DNA of 64,000 nucleotides from Escherichia coli (GTDB lineage Bacteria; Pseudomonadota; Gammaproteobacteria; Enterobacterales; Enterobacteriaceae): NCBI RefSeq assembly GCF_001677475.2, contig NZ_CP015229.1; one strand, 5' to 3'. Shown piece by piece: positions 62,122 to 64,000 of this stretch (position 1 is its first letter; each line of letters starts with the position of its first letter). The notes under the pieces were generated by a model. It saw only the letters and a program-made list of their open reading frames with translations, ran no database searches and was not told where the DNA came from. The position numbers and the translations under genes were made by a program.

Positions 62122-62160
62122 GCCGGGCGGCACTATCGTCGTCCGGCCTTTTCCTCTCTT
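62122..62160 (+). terminator. Probable terminator after tsgA
   Basis: GCCGGGCG...CGTCCGGC hairpin followed by CTTTTCCTCTCTT. Confidence 0.5.
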
Positions 62161-62273
62161 ACCCTGCTACGTACATCTATTTCTATAAATCCGTTCAATT
62201 TGTCTGTTTTTTGCACAAACATGAAATGTCAGACAATTCCGTGACTTAAGAAAATTTATACAAATCAGCAATA

Positions 62274-62289
62274 TACCCCTTAAGGAGTA
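62274..62289 (+). promoter_or_regulatory. NarL/NarP 7-2-7 heptamer pair in the nirB promoter
   Basis: TACCCCT-TA-AGGAGTA inverted heptamers matching TACYYMT, centred 28 bp upstream of the FNR site. Confidence 0.65.
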
Positions 62290-62302
62290 TATAAAGGTGA
62301 AT

Positions 62303-62316
62303 TTGATTTACATCAA
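62303..62316 (+). promoter_or_regulatory. FNR binding site of the nirB promoter
   Basis: Perfect consensus TTGAT-TTAC-ATCAA, centred about 65 bp upstream of the nirB ATG. Confidence 0.85.
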
Positions 62317-62374
62317 TAAGCGGGGTTGCTGAATCGTTAAGGTAGGCGGTAATAGAAAAGAAATCGAGGCAAAA

Positions 62375-64000
62375 ATGAGCAAAGTCAGACTCGCAATTAT
62401 CGGTAACGGTATGGTCGGCCATCGCTTTATCGAAGATCTTCTTGATAAATCTGATGCGGCCAACTTTGATATTACCGTTTTCTGTGAAGAACCGCGCATC
62501 GCTTATGACCGCGTACACCTCTCGTCTTACTTCTCTCACCACACCGCCGAAGAGCTGTCGCTGGTGCGCGAAGGCTTCTACGAGAAACACGGCATCAAAG
62601 TTCTGGTCGGCGAACGCGCTATCACCATCAACCGTCAGGAGAAGGTGATTCACTCCAGCGCCGGGCGCACCGTTTTTTATGACAAGCTGATCATGGCGAC
62701 CGGTTCCTACCCGTGGATCCCGCCAATCAAAGGTTCTGATACTCAGGACTGCTTTGTCTATCGCACCATTGAAGACCTCAACGCCATTGAATCCTGTGCC
62801 CGTCGCAGCAAACGCGGTGCCGTTGTTGGTGGCGGCCTGTTAGGTCTGGAAGCCGCTGGCGCGCTGAAAAACTTAGGCATTGAAACCCACGTTATCGAAT
62901 TTGCCCCTATGCTGATGGCGGAACAGCTTGATCAGATGGGCGGCGAGCAGCTACGTCGCAAAATCGAAAGTATGGGTGTGCGCGTTCACACCAGCAAAAA
63001 CACCCTTGAGATTGTGCAGGAAGGTGTCGAAGCGCGTAAAACCATGCGTTTTGCCGACGGCAGCGAGCTGGAAGTTGACTTTATCGTCTTCTCTACCGGT
63101 ATCCGTCCGCGCGATAAGCTGGCAACCCAGTGTGGTCTGGACGTTGCTCCGCGTGGGGGTATTGTCATTAATGATTCCTGCCAGACTTCCGATCCGGATA
63201 TCTACGCCATCGGTGAATGCGCAAGCTGGAACAACCGTGTATTTGGTCTGGTAGCACCAGGCTACAAAATGGCGCAGGTCGCCGTTGACCACATTCTCGG
63301 TAGCGAAAACGCCTTTGAAGGTGCTGACCTTAGCGCCAAGCTGAAACTGCTGGGCGTAGACGTAGGTGGTATTGGTGATGCGCATGGTCGCACGCCTGGC
63401 GCACGTAGCTACGTTTACCTCGACGAAAGCAAAGAGATCTACAAACGCCTGATTGTCAGCGAAGACAACAAAACCCTGCTCGGTGCGGTACTGGTGGGCG
63501 ATACCAGCGACTACGGCAACCTGCTGCAACTGGTGCTGAACGCTATCGAGCTGCCGGAAAACCCGGATTCTCTGATTCTGCCGGCGCACTCTGGTAGCGG
63601 TAAGCCGTCTATCGGTGTTGATAAACTGCCGGACAGCGCGCAAATCTGCTCCTGCTTCGACGTCACCAAAGGTGATCTGATTGCTGCCATCAACAAAGGC
63701 TGCCACACCGTTGCGGCGCTGAAAGCCGAAACCAAAGCGGGTACTGGCTGCGGTGGCTGTATCCCGCTGGTCACTCAGGTACTGAACGCGGAACTGGCGA
63801 AACAGGGCATCGAAGTTAACAACAACCTGTGCGAACACTTTGCTTATTCGCGTCAGGAACTGTTCCATTTAATCCGCGTTGAAGGCATTAAAACCTTCGA
63901 AGAACTGCTGGCGAAACACGGCAAAGGCTACGGTTGTGAAGTTTGTAAACCGACCGTCGGTTCGCTGCTGGCCTCCTGCTGGAACGAATACATTCTGAAA
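62375..64000 (+). CDS. nirB: NADH-dependent nitrite reductase large subunit NirB (N-terminal 542 codons; continues past window end)
   Basis: ATG 62375 (MSKVRLAIIGNGMVGHRFIEDLLDK...) with FAD/NAD Rossmann motifs; frame open to position 64000; absent from the ORF track because no stop is reached. Confidence 0.95.
   Translation, partial: MSKVRLAIIGNGMVGHRFIEDLLDKSDAANFDITVFCEEPRIAYDRVHLSSYFSHHTAEELSLVREGFYEKHGIKVLVGERAITINRQEKVIHSSAGRTVFYDKLIMATGSYPWIPPIKGSDTQDCFVYRTIEDLNAIESCARRSKRGAVVGGGLLGLEAAGALKNLGIETHVIEFAPMLMAEQLDQMGGEQLRRKIESMGVRVHTSKNTLEIVQEGVEARKTMRFADGSELEVDFIVFSTGIRPRDKLATQCGLDVAPRGGIVINDSCQTSDPDIYAIGECASWNNRVFGLVAPGYKMAQVAVDHILGSENAFEGADLSAKLKLLGVDVGGIGDAHGRTPGARSYVYLDESKEIYKRLIVSEDNKTLLGAVLVGDTSDYGNLLQLVLNAIELPENPDSLILPAHSGSGKPSIGVDKLPDSAQICSCFDVTKGDLIAAINKGCHTVAALKAETKAGTGCGGCIPLVTQVLNAELAKQGIEVNNNLCEHFAYSRQELFHLIRVEGIKTFEELLAKHGKGYGCEVCKPTVGSLLASCWNEYILK

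Noticed and set aside
62951-63868. 305-aa minus-strand ORF inside nirB
   Set aside because: Antisense to the nirB coding region, which has clear FAD/NAD-binding motifs on the plus strand.

Overview
This window is a contiguous Escherichia coli-type (enterobacterial) chromosomal segment, mostly core housekeeping genes, with one accessory island. Gene order: yrdD (partial), smg, dprA | def-fmt-rsmB-trkA, mscL, arfA, zntR, yhdN | the alpha, spc and S10 ribosomal-protein operons on the minus strand (rplQ through rpsJ, 29 genes, all intact, including rpmJ and rpmD which are too short for the ORF track) | the cryptic type II secretion locus (divergent gspAB and gspCDEFGHIJKLMO), bfr-bfd and the chitinase gene chiA | the str operon (tufA, fusA, rpsG, rpsL) | tusBCD-yheO, fkpA, slyX, slyD, yheV, kefGB, yheS, yheT, yheU, prkB, yhfA, crp, yhfK, argD, pabA, fic-yhfG, ppiA, tsgA and the start of nirB. 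I found no rRNA, tRNA, CRISPR array, IS element, integrase or prophage gene. I do not see a convincing novel system. The most notable observation is that the major pseudopilin gene gspG is split by a 1-nt frame break, which would inactivate the otherwise complete T2SS. Other points: rpsG carries the short 156-codon allele (so the strain is not K-12), the gsp and chiA promoter regions are AT-rich with perfect palindromes, arfA carries its 3-prime hairpin, and yhfG overlaps fic. Canonical promoters for the str, alpha and S10 operons, several intrinsic terminators, one REP element and the FNR/NarL sites of the nirB promoter can be read directly. All gene names rest on recognising the translated proteins and synteny from memory; no database search was run.
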